This document shows positions 28,709 through 38,874 of a DNA stretch of 64,000 bases, piece by piece. The stretch lies in the NCBI GenBank assembly GCA_028279655.1, contig JANQNH010000001.1, forward strand, positions 17,484-81,483, read 5' to 3'. Source of the DNA: Candidatus Nanoarchaeia archaeon (lineage in GTDB: Archaea > Nanobdellota > Nanobdellia > Woesearchaeales > JACPBV01). Below the pieces are notes generated by a model. The model was not told where the DNA came from. It ran no database searches and worked only from the letters and a program-made list of their open reading frames with translations. The position numbers and the translations under genes are program-made. The stretch's first letter is position 1; every line of letters starts with the position of its first letter.

Positions 28709-29780
28709 CAGTAAGTAAAAAATATATGCCTGATTTCTCAACAAAAGAATATAAAATGAATTAATTAGAAGCTAACTTAATCAACCCCAACCACCTATTA
28801 ACTCCTGTCTCTAACTTTAATCCTGCTAACTCACAAGGCACCACTCCTGTTGTAGTGTGTGCCTCAATAAAGTTATGCTGTAAGATAATCCCTGCCATAA
28901 GAATAGGAGCAGACCAAAGAGCCTTTAAGCCACGAAAATCATCTACCCTATCTTTTATCTTTGAGAAAACAGTTTCAATCCTAACGTTATGCTTCCCTGT
29001 CTTTTGAACATTGTTTATCCTATGTTCTACAAGCATTCGTTTACTTCCGCTTATGTTTCGTTTTCCCTTACAACGGACAGAGGCAAAGACCTTTTTCATA
29101 GCTTTTGGATAGAATTGTGCGGCGTCAGTTTGGATATATTTAGGAAGTCCGTTTTTTGCTGTTTTCCTTAGAAAATCCACAGCGTCTTTTGTGTTTTGTG
29201 ATTTTGGGCTGTATAGTGTTGCATTAATATATCTTGTGTCCCAATCAACAGAACACCAGAATATATCTCCACCTTTCCTTGTTGGTGTACATCCTCTAGG
29301 AATATCTGTCTCGTCTGCATAGACCTTACCTGATAAGTTTAAGGGCAGAGTATCGACATACTTTTGAACCTTTAAAACATATTTTCTACACCAATCAAGA
29401 ACAGAAACGTGAGAGGCGTTATGCTCCCAATGTCTCCTAAAATGGTTTCTTACCTTTCTACTTGAAAGGTTAGAGAAATATAAGTCAATAGCAGAGGTTA
29501 TCTTTTTTTCATTATTTCTCATTCGGTAAAAGCCATCATCATTAGTAAAATATTTATTACAAGCATTGCATTTATACTTTTGTATTCTTCCCCTGTTCTC
29601 TGTCTTACGAAAGCCCTTCTTTATATAATCGCTTTCTCCACAATGAACGCATTTTATTTTTTTCATAGTAATATAGTAGGTACCGAAAGTATATAAATAC
29701 TTCGGTACCGAAATAATACTGTCATAATGTATATAATGGGGTACCGAAAAGCTTATAAAGGAGTAGGTACCTATTATTCC
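28709..29780. mobile_element. Putative IS element. Boundaries uncertain. The left flank carries three GGTACCGAA(A) repeats and an imperfect palindrome.
   Basis: ggtaccgaa at 29679, 29704 and 29740. Hairpin aggtaccgaaagtatataaatacttcggtacc at 29678-29709. Terminal inverted repeats at the other end not found by eye. Confidence 0.35.
28761..29666 (-). CDS. tnp: DDE transposase with N-terminal zinc ribbon (IS1595- or IS6-like)
   Basis: CVHCGESDY...YKCNACNKYF zinc ribbon. Acidic residues YADETD and IQTDAAQFY. Size about 300 aa. Confidence 0.65.
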   Translation of the reverse strand: MKKIKCVHCGESDYIKKGFRKTENRGRIQKYKCNACNKYFTNDDGFYRMRNNEKKITSAIDLYFSNLSSRKVRNHFRRHWEHNASHVSVLDWCRKYVLKVQKYVDTLPLNLSGKVYADETDIPRGCTPTRKGGDIFWCSVDWDTRYINATLYSPKSQNTKDAVDFLRKTAKNGLPKYIQTDAAQFYPKAMKKVFASVRCKGKRNISGSKRMLVEHRINNVQKTGKHNVRIETVFSKIKDRVDDFRGLKALWSAPILMAGIILQHNFIEAHTTTGVVPCELAGLKLETGVNRWLGLIKLASN

Positions 29781-29782
29781 CT

Positions 29783-29944
29783 ATGTATCTACAAAAACAA
29801 CTTTCTAAGAAGATTGGTGATAAGGAGTATGCTAAATATGTTATAGTAGTGCCACCTAAACTTATTGATAAACTAAAGTGGAAAGGTGGTGAGGAATTGG
29901 AAGCTGAGGTTAAAGGGGATAAACTTGTCATCGAGAAAGATTAA
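29783..29944 (+). CDS. AbrB/SpoVT-like swapped-hairpin small protein (53 aa)
   Basis: MYLQKQLSKKIGDKEYAKYVIVVPPKLIDKLKWKGGEELEAEVKGDKLVIEKD. Confidence 0.5.
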   Translation: MYLQKQLSKKIGDKEYAKYVIVVPPKLIDKLKWKGGEELEAEVKGDKLVIEKD

Positions 29945-29967
29945 TACTATAAATATAAAAAGAAAAG

Positions 29968-30152
29968 CAATGCCAGAGAATTGCGTAAATAAATTGATAA
30001 AAGAGATTCCAAATTTAACAGATAGGGAACTTTTAGAAGTTATATTTACTAACTCCATAAAAGGAGATTATGTAAAAGCTAAGTATCAAGGAGAGGAATA
30101 TTTTAACGATTTATTCTCCTATTTTGAAGAACTAAAGAAACGAAGAAAATAA
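29968..30152 (+). CDS. Small hypothetical protein (61 aa), downstream partner of the AbrB-like gene
   Basis: MPENCVNKLIKEIPNLTDRELLEVIFTNSIKGDYVKAKYQGEEYFNDLFSYFEELKKRRK. The 88-aa ORF-track start at 29886 overlaps the AbrB-like gene and was rejected. Confidence 0.35.
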
Positions 30153-30169
30153 TTTTTTTATTCTATTAG

Positions 30170-33100
30170 GTGACGTTTACTTTACAGCTCAAGTTTTCTA
30201 AAGATTTATATATTCTAGAGTATTCCTCTATAGTAGTTAAAATGTATTGGGGGGCTTGGAAGGTTGTTTTGTATGTATTCTTATGGATAGTCCTATGTGG
30301 TTTTGTATCTGCTGTGAATGTTGAGATATATGATTGTGATGATTTGCAGAATATGAACCAGAACCTAAGCGGAAGCTACGAACTAGCTAATGATATAGAT
30401 TGCTCAGCAACAAGAACATGGGGTGAGGGGAAAGGCTTTAATCCTATCGGTAATCTTTCAGAAAGGTTTACTGGTTATTTTGATGGAAAAAATCATCTAA
30501 TCACCGGGTTATATATGAATAGAAGCGAAAGTTATATTGGGTTATTTGGATATGTCCAACATGCAACAATAAAGAATGTTGGTTTTATTGATGTTGCGAT
30601 CTATGCAGACCCGAGTTCGGGTGATGATATCGGGGCATTGATCGGTCGTGCTGAATGGGTAAATGTTACTAACTCCTATTCTTCTGGTCTTGTAAAAGGA
30701 AGAAGCAATGTAGGAGGTTTGATTGGTTCCCTGTATGATTATGAAGTAAGAAATTCTCACTCTAATGCAACTGTTATTGGGTCATATATGTATGTTGGTG
30801 GGTTGGTAGGTTCATTTACAGGAAGCATCATTGATTCTTATGCTATAGGAACCGTAGATTCACCATATTATGCTGCTGGTCTGATCGGAAAGGCAGGAAA
30901 AGGAAATTCTGGAAATAATCTAGTGTATAATTGCTCTGCTGCAGGTGATGTATCTAGAAGATACTATAATTGCAGCCATCATTGTGGTGGTTTGATAGGA
31001 ACTAGCGAAGAGATCATGGTTGAGAAATCCTATGCAACAGGGGATGTGAATGCTAAGCCTGATCAGGCCTATATGGGCGGTCTAATCGCTCTTGCATCTA
31101 AGACCAACATATCTCAGTCCTATGCAATAGGTGATGTTATTGGTGACTCTTTCGTTGGAGGTTTGGTTGGAAGCCTCCAAGGGAGTTATGCTAATGAAAC
31201 CCTTAAGGATTCTTATGCAACCGGTAATATATATACTACTGGAGGAAACGGCCTTGTAGGCGGCCTTGTGGGGCAACTCCATAACACTAATGTGATCAAT
31301 TCTTATGCCACTGGAACAGTAAATGCTAGAAGTGGGGGTGTAGGCGGCCTCATCGGTACTATCAGCAACTATTCAGTGCAACCTGTGTTGATAAACTCGT
31401 ATTCTACTGGATATGTTGGCGGTGATGATGTTGGAGGGTTGATAGGAAGGGTTGACAGCAATTTCAGCAGAATTACTAACGTTTATTATTATGGTAATGT
31501 AAGTGATTGCTGCGGTCTAGGGTCATGTATTGATTGTACTAGGGAAGTATCATCTGATGTTTTTTACGGTAATGAACATGATGTTTATGTTTTATCACCT
31601 TTATGGGATTTTATTCATATATGGCAGAACCATTCAGATGATTACCCTACGTTGAGGTTGGAAAAGCCATTGGATGTTGACTCTTTATTAGAGAAATATG
31701 CTCCTGTTCTTTATCTCCATCCAGACGAAGAGTTTTTCCCTAAGAGTATTTATAGTATGCTGAATGAGAGCGATCTTATGCTTGGTAATAGGTCCATTGA
31801 TGTTAGCAGGCCTGTTTCTCAAGATAATCTGGATGGAAAAGAAAACGGTTCCTATCTGGATATGCAGGATGCCAGTCCTGGCTTTTTCCCATCAGTTCCA
31901 AACTCAAGCAGGTTTGATAGGTATGAGAATACTGTATATGGCAGAGTGTTTGAGCCTGATGATGAGCACATCGTATTGCAGTATTGGTTCTTTTATCCTT
32001 ATAATCATTTTAGGGGAGGTCATGAAGGGGACTGGGAGATGATACAGATAATATTAAACAAAACCGATGAAAAACCATTAACATCTACTTATTCCTATCA
32101 TTATGATGGAAGAACATATAATTGGAGTGATATAAATAAGGTTGATTCTACACATCCAAAGGTTTTTGTCGCAGAGGGTGGGCATGCGAGTTATAAAGAT
32201 CCAGTAGTTATCTGGCTTCCAGGATACCTTTTACTTGAGTCAGTTAGTGAAGAGAACAATAGTATAGTGTATTATTGCAATAATACAGATACATCCCAGT
32301 TTGTTAATAATCGTTCAACACAATATAGATTAAATTCTATTCTGAATGCTACCGAATGGGCGCATTTTAATGGTAGGTGGGGAGAATCAAAAAATAAATC
32401 TTCTATATATAATGGTCCAAGCAGCCCTGCAAATCTTAGATACGGAAATCAAGCATTTAGATGGAACGATCCAATCGGCTTTGCAAATAATCCCTCCCCA
32501 GATTCAACCAGTGCAGCAACGGGAAGCCCTGTAAATCTTCATGCTTATGATTCACAAGGTAGGCATGTAGGTTTAAGTAGTTCAGGTGATATTGAAGCAG
32601 AGATTCCTGGCGTTTATATGTATATTCCTTCTGATGATGAAAAAGAGGTTATCGTTATATTAGATTCAGAAGACCTAACCTTTGAGATAGAAGCAACAGA
32701 CCAAGGAGAGTTTGATTTTTCATTGAATACTCAGAATGATGGTAACTATATCAATCTACAGTATGAAGATGTACAGATTAATAAGAATACTAGAGCAACA
32801 ATGCAATTTACCAATACCAATCCAAATTTTATTATGGGAATAGATGTCAATGGAGATGGTATAACAGATACTACCTTAAGTCCAAATAATGTAGAGATAT
32901 CTGGAAATTATTCAAATAATGAAACAGATTTTGATAATGACAGTATTGCAGACTCTATTGATAATTGTATAAACACATCTAATCCAGATCAAAGAGATTG
33001 GGATAATGATAGTGTAGGAGATGTTTGTGATGTTGAATCAATTAATATAACTTTAGTTCCGGGTTGGAATCTAATATCTATACCTTTAATTGCGAATAAT

Positions 33101-33514
33101 AATTCTATTCCTTCTTTAATTCCTGGTTATTTAAAAGCATTTACTTATTTACAAGGATCCTTGATCGAATTAAATGATGGATCACATGTCAATACAACAT
33201 GGGGAATGTGGGTTGAGATGTTGAATAATAACACAATAACAATAAATGGGACATTACCAAGAAATCCTTTGTTTATGATGAAACAAGGATGGAATTTAAT
33301 TGGTTATCCTAGCTTGATTCAAAAAGAAGTTAATAAGACTTTTAATGTAAGTCAAATAGAATCTGTTTTTATGTATAATGCTTCTAATACTTTGTGGAAA
33401 TCATACAATCCTTTGAATCCTCTCAATACTTTAGAAAGTATGAAATATGGCTATGGCTATTTAGTTAAAGTTAACGATACTATGAATTGGACTTTTAATG
33501 GAGAGTTTAAATGA
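30170..33514 (+). CDS. Giant surface protein with GLUG-motif repeats, Vps62/DUF946-like domain, TSP3-like repeat and two C-terminal GWNLI modules. True start possibly the Met at 30242.
   Basis: Signal anchor VVLYVFLWIVLCGFVSA. Repeated GGLIG/GGLVG. YAPVLYLHPDEEFFP...GGHEGDWEMIQI...VFVAEGGHASY. DNDSIADSIDNCINTSNPDQRDWDNDSVGDVCD. Confidence 0.7.
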   Translation: MTFTLQLKFSKDLYILEYSSIVVKMYWGAWKVVLYVFLWIVLCGFVSAVNVEIYDCDDLQNMNQNLSGSYELANDIDCSATRTWGEGKGFNPIGNLSERFTGYFDGKNHLITGLYMNRSESYIGLFGYVQHATIKNVGFIDVAIYADPSSGDDIGALIGRAEWVNVTNSYSSGLVKGRSNVGGLIGSLYDYEVRNSHSNATVIGSYMYVGGLVGSFTGSIIDSYAIGTVDSPYYAAGLIGKAGKGNSGNNLVYNCSAAGDVSRRYYNCSHHCGGLIGTSEEIMVEKSYATGDVNAKPDQAYMGGLIALASKTNISQSYAIGDVIGDSFVGGLVGSLQGSYANETLKDSYATGNIYTTGGNGLVGGLVGQLHNTNVINSYATGTVNARSGGVGGLIGTISNYSVQPVLINSYSTGYVGGDDVGGLIGRVDSNFSRITNVYYYGNVSDCCGLGSCIDCTREVSSDVFYGNEHDVYVLSPLWDFIHIWQNHSDDYPTLRLEKPLDVDSLLEKYAPVLYLHPDEEFFPKSIYSMLNESDLMLGNRSIDVSRPVSQDNLDGKENGSYLDMQDASPGFFPSVPNSSRFDRYENTVYGRVFEPDDEHIVLQYWFFYPYNHFRGGHEGDWEMIQIILNKTDEKPLTSTYSYHYDGRTYNWSDINKVDSTHPKVFVAEGGHASYKDPVVIWLPGYLLLESVSEENNSIVYYCNNTDTSQFVNNRSTQYRLNSILNATEWAHFNGRWGESKNKSSIYNGPSSPANLRYGNQAFRWNDPIGFANNPSPDSTSAATGSPVNLHAYDSQGRHVGLSSSGDIEAEIPGVYMYIPSDDEKEVIVILDSEDLTFEIEATDQGEFDFSLNTQNDGNYINLQYEDVQINKNTRATMQFTNTNPNFIMGIDVNGDGITDTTLSPNNVEISGNYSNNETDFDNDSIADSIDNCINTSNPDQRDWDNDSVGDVCDVESINITLVPGWNLISIPLIANNNSIPSLIPGYLKAFTYLQGSLIELNDGSHVNTTWGMWVEMLNNNTITINGTLPRNPLFMMKQGWNLIGYPSLIQKEVNKTFNVSQIESVFMYNASNTLWKSYNPLNPLNTLESMKYGYGYLVKVNDTMNWTFNGEFK

Positions 33515-33552
33515 AAAATATTAAATATGAGTGATTTTATTTATATGGTAAG

Positions 33553-33939
33553 GTGTTTATTGTGGGAAAGATAAAAGATTTATGGGATAAGTTGAAATAT
33601 TGGCATAGGGGGGCAATAATCATGTTTATTCCTGCTCTTATTATTTTTGTTCTTTATACAATTAATTCAATCAGGGTAGGTTTGAACTTAGGTTATACTT
33701 TTTTGGATATAATAAAAAAGGCAAATTTGTTTGCTTTATTGTTGCCAATTATAATTATTCCATTAATATATGGGTCTATTATGGGTATTGTTTACTCTTT
33801 TTTACTATCGAAAAAGAAAGATGACCCTCGGAAAAGAGTTTTAAGTATTTTGGCTTTTATAATAATATTACTGATTTCGTTATTTTTATTATTTTTTCTT
33901 ATCCTGTATGTTATAATAGGTATAGTCAAACCATTTTAA
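33553..33939 (+). CDS. Small multi-TM membrane protein
   Basis: Three or four hydrophobic helices. Confidence 0.4.
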   Translation: MFIVGKIKDLWDKLKYWHRGAIIMFIPALIIFVLYTINSIRVGLNLGYTFLDIIKKANLFALLLPIIIIPLIYGSIMGIVYSFLLSKKKDDPRKRVLSILAFIIILLISLFLLFFLILYVIIGIVKPF

Positions 33940-33961
33940 TTTTATTATACTAATCCCCTAC

Positions 33962-35089
33962 CTATCTCATGATTGCCTTATAGTGGTTCATAACATACAC
34001 AACACTTATCTTCTGTTCCCTTTTGGCAAGCTTGCCGAGCACATCGGTTGGATCATTTTTGAGATACTTCTTATTATCTTCAAGATCCCTTCCAATAGCC
34101 TCGCAGAACAAGGGGTGGGGTATTTCAATGCCTATAGTGCCACCATATCCAACTCTTCGCAGCATACCAAATAACTCCTTCATGTCCTTACCAACAGGGG
34201 TGTTTTCATTAATAACTCCCCTATTACCAGGACTATTCCATGGGCCCCATTCGCTAATATGCAGATGGGCAACAGTATTAGCTTTAATCGCTTCCTCAAG
34301 AATATTGAGATACTTATCGCCATAGAGTGCCCTTAAGTGAGCAGTATCGAGATGCATCTTAAAATACGGGCTTCCTGTTCTCTGGACATACTCCATATAC
34401 CTTCTAACATCCGAAAGCGCCCTTGATTCATCTGTTCTCAGAGCCTCTGGAGCACATACTACACCCATCTCTTTTGCCTTAGGAAGGATAATAGTACCTA
34501 GGCTCTCATTCCATCGCTCATACAGTCCACTCACATCCGGGTTAAAGTGCTCATCCACCATGCCAGGACCAACTACTGTTTTAACCTTGGCAGCACCTCC
34601 AAGCTCCAAGAAGTTATGTGCCCACTGCAGCCCCTTATTGCTCTCAGGATGCCTGCTTGATGCATAGTTTGCAGATAACATTCCTTCTTTAGCAGGACCT
34701 ACAAACGTTAGCAGTATTGGTTCCAGACCAAACCCCCTAACTATATCCCCTGCCTGCTCATACCATCTAACCTGTGCCTTATCAAAATTATCAAAATTAA
34801 GCCCCGAATTACCAGGCACAGTTGCTATCTCATACGAGCCTCCTTTTTCAACTCCAGATTCTAATGCAAGCTCAAGGTTTCTTTTTAATCCATCGTGATT
34901 TTTATCTGCCGGACCATTACCTAACCAAGTATTGATATCTACTATGCCAGGTGGAATTGGCGGTGTTCCTTTATGGTATATCACAGGACCTTGTCCATGT
35001 GCAGCTTCAGCACTAAAAAATTCTATTAATGCTGGCAAAGAAATAGTACCAGCTGCTAAACCTTTTATAACTTGCCTACGATTAATCAT
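33962..35089 (-). CDS. Xylose-isomerase-like TIM-barrel sugar-phosphate isomerase/epimerase with twin-arginine-like signal peptide. Locally GC-rich.
   Basis: N-terminus MINRRQVIKGLAAGTISLPA...AEAAHG. VAHLHISEW...PGNRGVINENTPVGKDMKELFGMLRRVGYGGTIGIEI. Confidence 0.6.
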   Translation of the reverse strand: MINRRQVIKGLAAGTISLPALIEFFSAEAAHGQGPVIYHKGTPPIPPGIVDINTWLGNGPADKNHDGLKRNLELALESGVEKGGSYEIATVPGNSGLNFDNFDKAQVRWYEQAGDIVRGFGLEPILLTFVGPAKEGMLSANYASSRHPESNKGLQWAHNFLELGGAAKVKTVVGPGMVDEHFNPDVSGLYERWNESLGTIILPKAKEMGVVCAPEALRTDESRALSDVRRYMEYVQRTGSPYFKMHLDTAHLRALYGDKYLNILEEAIKANTVAHLHISEWGPWNSPGNRGVINENTPVGKDMKELFGMLRRVGYGGTIGIEIPHPLFCEAIGRDLEDNKKYLKNDPTDVLGKLAKREQKISVVYVMNHYKAIMR

Positions 35090-35209
35090 AGTAATCCCCC
35101 CTAAAAAGCTTTATTTATAGTTACATGCGTCCTATCTATATAAATCTTTCCTCGGATTTTTTTAACAGCTTAATGACGACAAATTATATCTTTTTTATTA
35201 TTTGTTAAG

Positions 35210-35605
35210 TTAATTTTCCAGAAAACTTTTTAGACCTTCCATGCTAGCTGGCTTGTATAATAAGGTTATCCCTATCTGTTCGCATCTACTTTCCATAGCT
35301 ATGTCCTTTTCTAATCCAAGTTTGGTATGTAAAGCTATCCTTGCAGTTGGATATTGGTCTTTTACTTCTTGGGCTACCTTAATTCCTGTGTCTCGGTAAG
35401 GTACTCCTCCTGGGTAAAGTGGACAATTGTTGTCTAATATAATTGCATAAAAATCGGTATCATCTAGTCTTTGCAGGAAGGTTTTTTTATCTTCAGAACT
35501 AACTATATTATATCCTAACTTTTTTAAATCATCTTCTAAGTCCATTAGTTCAAGTACATCATCTTCCAGAACCAAAACTGTTTTGCAGTGTTCATCTAAG
35601 GCCAT
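35210..35605 (-). CDS. Stand-alone CheY-like receiver domain protein
   Basis: TVLVLEDD acidic pocket, ILDNNCP, conserved K in HTK. Confidence 0.55.
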   Translation of the reverse strand: MALDEHCKTVLVLEDDVLELMDLEDDLKKLGYNIVSSEDKKTFLQRLDDTDFYAIILDNNCPLYPGGVPYRDTGIKVAQEVKDQYPTARIALHTKLGLEKDIAMESRCEQIGITLLYKPASMEGLKSFLEN

Positions 35606-35698
35606 ATAACCTAGAAGAAGGAAATATACTTTATAAACCTATACTTCCATCTCATTCCAACCCAATAACTTAATAAACAAGCAAATTTTCTAAATATT

Positions 35699-37612
35699 AT
35701 GAAGTATAAGAACCTTTTATTGGATAAGTTCCAGGAAGATGCTATTGCGGCTATTGAAAAAAACCATTCGGTCGTTGTTTCTGCGCCAACAGGGTCAGGG
35801 AAGACGTTGATAGCAGACTATATCATAAACAAAGATGTCAGGAAAGGCATCAGGGTTATATACACTGCACCTATCAAGGCGTTGAGCAACCAGAAGTATA
35901 AGGATTTCTGTGAGGAGTATGGAGAAGATAAGATAGGGCTTCTTACTGGAGATATTGTCAGGAACCATGATGCTCCCATACTGATAATGACTACTGAGAT
36001 CTACAGGAACATGGCCCTTACAAATGACCCTTTGATGGATAACATATCTTATGTTGTTTTTGATGAGATACATTATATCAATGATGTTGAGAGGGGATAT
36101 GTCTGGGAAGAGTCAATTATATTTTCAAATCCAAAGATACGGTTTCTTTGCCTATCAGCTACCATCCCTAATGCTAAGCAGTTTGCTTCTTGGATAGAGG
36201 CTGTAAAGAAACACAAGGTAGATGTGATCAAGCATAACCGAAGGGAAGTTCCTTTGGCAAAGAAGTTCTATGATTCTGAGCTTGGAATCACTACATTGGA
36301 GCAGATAAGGGACGTTGCCCATATACCAGACTACAGATACATAAGGGGCAGGAAAAGATTTAGAAGACCAAGGATCAAGGCACCATCCCATATCGAGCTT
36401 ATCAAGGAGATCAAGGATAAGCTTCCATGCCTGTTCTTTAATTTTTCCAGAAAGAAATGCCAGGATAATGCCAATGAGCTGATGAACGCTAAGATCTTTG
36501 ATAACAACCCCAAGATAACCTCCTTTGTACGTAAAAAACTAGAAGGAGCGCCAAAAGAGATCAGGGAGCTTGAGTCTTCGCAACTGCTCTTTAGGACCCT
36601 GTCTTTTGGTATAGCTTTCCATCATGCCGGGCTTATACCTCTGATTAAGGAGATCGTAGAGGAACTTTTCAGTCAGGGCCTGATCAGGGTCTTATACACT
36701 ACTGAGACATTTGCAGTTGGAATCAATATGCCTGCTAAGTCTGTCTGCTTTGAAAGCCTAAGGAAGTATGATGGGATCAATTTTCGTTTCCTGAACTCCA
36801 AGGAGTATTTTCAGATTGCCGGTCGGGCAGGCAGGAGGGGGATAGATAAGGAAGGGTTTTCTTATGCTATGATAGACAGGAGGGATTTTGACTATGGGGT
36901 GATAAGGGGCATTACTGATCTAGATAAGGACCCTATCAAATCCCAGTTTCGATTATCTGTCAATACTGTTCTTAATCTTGTAAAGAATCATACTCCTGGT
37001 GAGATTGATGTTATTCTGAAAAATAACTTCTTTACATACCAGAAATTCGGCAAGAATTTTGCGAAGATACGAAGAAATGTTTTTTCATATAGCTTTGAGA
37101 AGACAAAGAAGAAGCTGATCAGGATGGGTTACATAAAAAACGGGAAGCTTACCTCCAAGGGAGAATTTTCTTCTAAGATATACTCAGACGAAATATTGAT
37201 AGGGGAGATCTTTGCAACTGATTTTTACTTTGATCTTAATGAGTATCAGATCCTCATGATACTTGCCTGTCTGGCCTACGAGCCCAGGGCAAAGACAGAG
37301 TTCTATAAGGACTATCCTTCTAAGTTTGTCTCTGACCTTAAAGGTGCATTGAGGAGAAGAGATCTCTTAAGGAATTTCAAGAGCCTTGATAAGCTGACTG
37401 CGCTGATCCATCCATGTTACAATAACAGAAGCGTATTTGAGATCCTTCCTAATACAAACCTGCTGGAAGGGGATCTGATCCGGTTCTTTAGGCAGATACT
37501 GGATAAGATAGGGCAGATAAAGAAGGCTACTGGAGATGAGAGGCTTAGGCAGATGCTCGGCAGCTGCCAGACATTAATATTAACATGCCTGAAGGATGTT
37601 GATGTTGTCTAA
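35699..37612 (+). CDS. Ski2-like DExH-box SF2 helicase (Hel308-related)
   Basis: Walker A SAPTGSGKTL, motif II VVFDEIHYIND, motif III LCLSATIPN, motif VI QIAGRAGRRG. Confidence 0.75.
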   Translation: MKYKNLLLDKFQEDAIAAIEKNHSVVVSAPTGSGKTLIADYIINKDVRKGIRVIYTAPIKALSNQKYKDFCEEYGEDKIGLLTGDIVRNHDAPILIMTTEIYRNMALTNDPLMDNISYVVFDEIHYINDVERGYVWEESIIFSNPKIRFLCLSATIPNAKQFASWIEAVKKHKVDVIKHNRREVPLAKKFYDSELGITTLEQIRDVAHIPDYRYIRGRKRFRRPRIKAPSHIELIKEIKDKLPCLFFNFSRKKCQDNANELMNAKIFDNNPKITSFVRKKLEGAPKEIRELESSQLLFRTLSFGIAFHHAGLIPLIKEIVEELFSQGLIRVLYTTETFAVGINMPAKSVCFESLRKYDGINFRFLNSKEYFQIAGRAGRRGIDKEGFSYAMIDRRDFDYGVIRGITDLDKDPIKSQFRLSVNTVLNLVKNHTPGEIDVILKNNFFTYQKFGKNFAKIRRNVFSYSFEKTKKKLIRMGYIKNGKLTSKGEFSSKIYSDEILIGEIFATDFYFDLNEYQILMILACLAYEPRAKTEFYKDYPSKFVSDLKGALRRRDLLRNFKSLDKLTALIHPCYNNRSVFEILPNTNLLEGDLIRFFRQILDKIGQIKKATGDERLRQMLGSCQTLILTCLKDVDVV

Positions 37613-38031
37613 TCAAAATAATCCTCGTAACAGAAATTCTTCCTTCCCTCGAACGTGCAGCTGCTTTTTTCTTCTATGATATTCCCATCCAGGAATTCCC
37701 TGTACTGGTTAATCAGGGAATTGCAGTCAGTGCATCTCCTGAAGTCAGTCCCTATCTCAATCTCAAATTTTTTTTCATCGATCTTCCTTATCTTACTTGG
37801 GACTGCTGCTCTTCCTTTGAAATATCTGTAGATATTCTCTATGAACCTATTGTCATTTATTCTTTCGGATAGGGTTATGTGGAGTGAACACTTTTTTGGA
37901 GGAGAGAAGCTTACTACATCCCTTCTTATTTTTATGCATCTCTGGTGTTTTAGCTTTTCTTTGTTCTCCTCTTTTTTTCTTGCAAATTGTGTAGGGAGCT
38001 TGATGCTCCCATCCGGATTGAATTCTACCAT
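37609..38031 (-). CDS. Hypothetical protein with C-terminal Cys cluster (Zn-ribbon-like)
   Basis: CTDCNSL...CTFEGRKNFC. Confidence 0.4.
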   Translation of the reverse strand: MVEFNPDGSIKLPTQFARKKEENKEKLKHQRCIKIRRDVVSFSPPKKCSLHITLSERINDNRFIENIYRYFKGRAAVPSKIRKIDEKKFEIEIGTDFRRCTDCNSLINQYREFLDGNIIEEKSSCTFEGRKNFCYEDYFD

Positions 38032-38121
38032 AAAATCACAACATCATGGTTGTTTAAATTGTTTTTGGTATTCTCTTTTTTACCCACTACCTTTAAATAT
38101 CCAAATACTTTTTCTTAGGTT

Positions 38122-38832
38122 ATGGAAAGAATCCAAAAGATCATGGCACACTCCGGGGTTGCTTCCAGGAGGAAGTGTGAGGATATGATAGAGAAGGGAT
38201 TAGTCAAGTTGAATGGTAAGACTGTTAAGCTTGGTGACAAGGCTGATAAGGGTGATAGAATCACGGTTAATGGGAAGCTTTTGAAACTAGAGAAGAAGAC
38301 TTATGTTATCATGAATAAGCCAAAGGGCATTATCTGCTCGGTTGGTGACTTTAGGGGCAGGAAGTCAGTAGTTGACCTTGTCAAATGTAAGGAAAGGGTA
38401 TTTCCGGTTGGTAGACTGGATATGGACAGCGAAGGACTGATAATACTTACTAATGATGGGGATTTTGCAAATGATGTTATCCATCCAAGGAATAATGTTA
38501 AGAAGGCCTATTCTGTATTGCTTGATAAGGTCCTTGATAAGGAGGATTTCCTAAGGATCAAATCTGGAGTTGAAATAGATGGGAAAAAGGTAACTGTTTT
38601 TGATTTCAGAAGTGATAGGAATGCAGTGGAGCTGAGCATCCATGAGGGGAGGAAGCATATAATCAAGAGACTCTTTGGTGTGCTGGGGTATAAGGTAAAT
38701 GAACTAAAAAGGATAGCTATTGGTGGATTGAAGCTAAATCTGGATATTGGCGAATACAGATTTGTGAGTGGAGAATGGTTAAGGAAAAATATCTTTCTGA
38801 GAGGCAAAAACCAAAAGTTATTTAAAGAATAA
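38122..38832 (+). CDS. rsuA: RsuA/RluB-family pseudouridine synthase with N-terminal S4 domain
   Basis: S4 domain IMAHSGVASRRKCEDMIEKGLVKLNG. Catalytic VGRLDMDSEGLIILTNDG. Confidence 0.75.
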   Translation: MERIQKIMAHSGVASRRKCEDMIEKGLVKLNGKTVKLGDKADKGDRITVNGKLLKLEKKTYVIMNKPKGIICSVGDFRGRKSVVDLVKCKERVFPVGRLDMDSEGLIILTNDGDFANDVIHPRNNVKKAYSVLLDKVLDKEDFLRIKSGVEIDGKKVTVFDFRSDRNAVELSIHEGRKHIIKRLFGVLGYKVNELKRIAIGGLKLNLDIGEYRFVSGEWLRKNIFLRGKNQKLFKE

Positions 38833-38874
38833 TCTTCATCTTTAGGGATTAAGGGGATTTATCCTGAATAAATA

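Noticed and set aside
29886-30152. 88-aa ORF from the ORF track
   Set aside because: Its first 27 codons overlap the AbrB-like ORF (29783-29944) in another frame. The downstream Met at 29968 gives a cleaner 61-aa gene.
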